DNA of 63,838 nucleotides, counting the filler, from Octopus bimaculoides (Eukaryota), in NCBI RefSeq assembly GCF_001194135.2. It is 8 parts of 8 records of this genome, joined end to end, with 100 filler letters (N's around TTAATTAATTAA, not from the genome) between each part and the next. Parts side by side here need not be neighbours in the genome. Positions count along the whole stretch, not along the records: positions 62,667 to 63,838 come from NW_026424558.1; 7 more parts are not named here. One strand, 5' to 3'. The position numbers and the translations under genes were made by a program. Positions 62,666-63,838 of the stretch are shown here, piece by piece; the stretch's first letter is position 1, and each line of letters begins with the position of its first letter. The notes below the pieces were generated by a model. That model was not told the DNA's origin and made no database searches. It saw only the letters and a list, made by a program, of their open reading frames with translations.

Positions 62666-62930
62666 NGTGTGTATATGTTGTGTATCTGTGTTTGTCCTCC
62701 CAACATCGCTTGACAATCGATGCTGGTGTGTTTAGGTCCCCATCACTTAGCGGTTCTGCAAAGAGACCGATAGAATAATTACTAGGCTTACAAAGAATAA
62801 GTCCTGGGNNNNNNNNNNTACTAGGCTTACAAAGAATAAGTCCTGGTGTCGATTTGATCGACTAAAGGTGGTGTCCCAACATGGCCGCAGTCAAGTGACT
62901 GAAACAAGTAAAAGAATAAAAGAATAAAAG
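62666..62930 (+). mobile_element. SINE family B, 3' half (overlap across a small gap)
   Basis: tactaggcttacaaagaataagtcctgg is duplicated on both sides of a 10-N gap. Confidence 0.85.
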
Positions 62931-63838
62931 AATATAAATATCAGTATGTATACTATTATTTTTTTTATCAGTAATTAAAACAGAACAAATTGAGCTGGTT
63001 CTTTCCAAGGCCAAGAGCAGCGCTCTCATTGATTTCTAGTTGTAGTAAACACATTTGACTTCTGCTGACTGCAAGGGTGTGACGCTTCTTTTGTTTCCCG
63101 ATTGCACAGGAATGCGAAGTCCCATTGTTGATCTCCTTCTCACCATCTGCCGAACCTAATTAGTATATTCACCAAGCTGCTTCTCTTCCTCTTACTACCC
63201 CCTCCAACCCTCATATATTTAATAATACCACACAGTAGTAGGAGACTTAACTAAATAACGGTTATACTGTTGTCGTAGCTACCAAGGTTAGCCACAATGA
63301 TACATATTAAGGCACTATTGGTGGTAGCTAATGATAAACAATGCTGTAATGACAAGGTTAAAGTAACTGTTACGGTATTAATGGCAGAATTGACAGTAGT
63401 AGCAGAGACAACAACCGTCTCTACATCAGCCACACAGAGCTCAATACTAATAATTTTAATGTAGCACAAATATGTCTTTCTAAACAAAAAGGAAAACTAC
63501 AACAGTACACCAAATCGCTTATCCTATGGTTAATCTGGAAGTGCGTCCCCTAGAAGAGAGCCAGCCTGGAGTCGAAAAGTCATCCACTAGCATAAACTCT
63601 TCTCGGAATACAAACCAGGAGGGTCATTTGAATGGGAACTTCCCAAAATCGAGCCCTCCAAGTTCACCATCACAACCATTATAGAAAGAAAAATGTAAGA
63701 GGACCAAATGAACCCGAGGAGAGTGTACAGAGGTAATATACGCCTATTACTAGGCATTTGGTAGACCATCTGAAGAGAAACACACCGCACACTCTTATCA
63801 AATATAGAGAACTCAAAATCAAGACAGTAGACTATATT

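Noticed and set aside
63000-63700. Possible RTE endonuclease remnant (minus, EGDQQWDFAFLCNRETKE) and a 53-aa Ser/Pro-rich plus ORF from 63526
   Set aside because: Neither has enough motif or splice support to call.

Overview
Eukaryotic, AT-rich, microsatellite-saturated DNA with many assembly gaps. The SINE/LINE families look like those of an Octopus genome (inference from recognition, not a search). No conserved cellular protein-coding gene can be supported. Almost all listed ORFs come from microsatellites, a 58-bp satellite, N-gaps or decayed transposons. Content: four tRNA-derived or RTE-tailed SINE families; R4/Dong-type REL LINE pieces sitting in (TACA)n and (TAA)n microsatellites; RTE and ancient CR1 LINE remnants; a rearranged Gypsy element; three mariner fragments and a DD41D fragment; and a ~4.9-kb CpG-rich 58-bp satellite. 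The most notable signal is a set of hammerhead-ribozyme (HHR) motifs in short repeats. A near-intact type I HHR lies at 39246-39288 (-), with the Schistosoma-type CAAAUA loop and a palindromic stem III. A second HHR sits inside an inverted-repeat-bounded element (48725-48760), and there are two decayed remnants. A three-copy element keeps both HHR core motifs in a non-canonical order. A weak candidate promoter plus first two exons lies at 47922-48190 (-). Seven N44-TTAATTAATTAA-N44 linkers are scaffold joins, so adjacency across them is unverified. Repeat boundaries are read by eye and are approximate to tens of bp.
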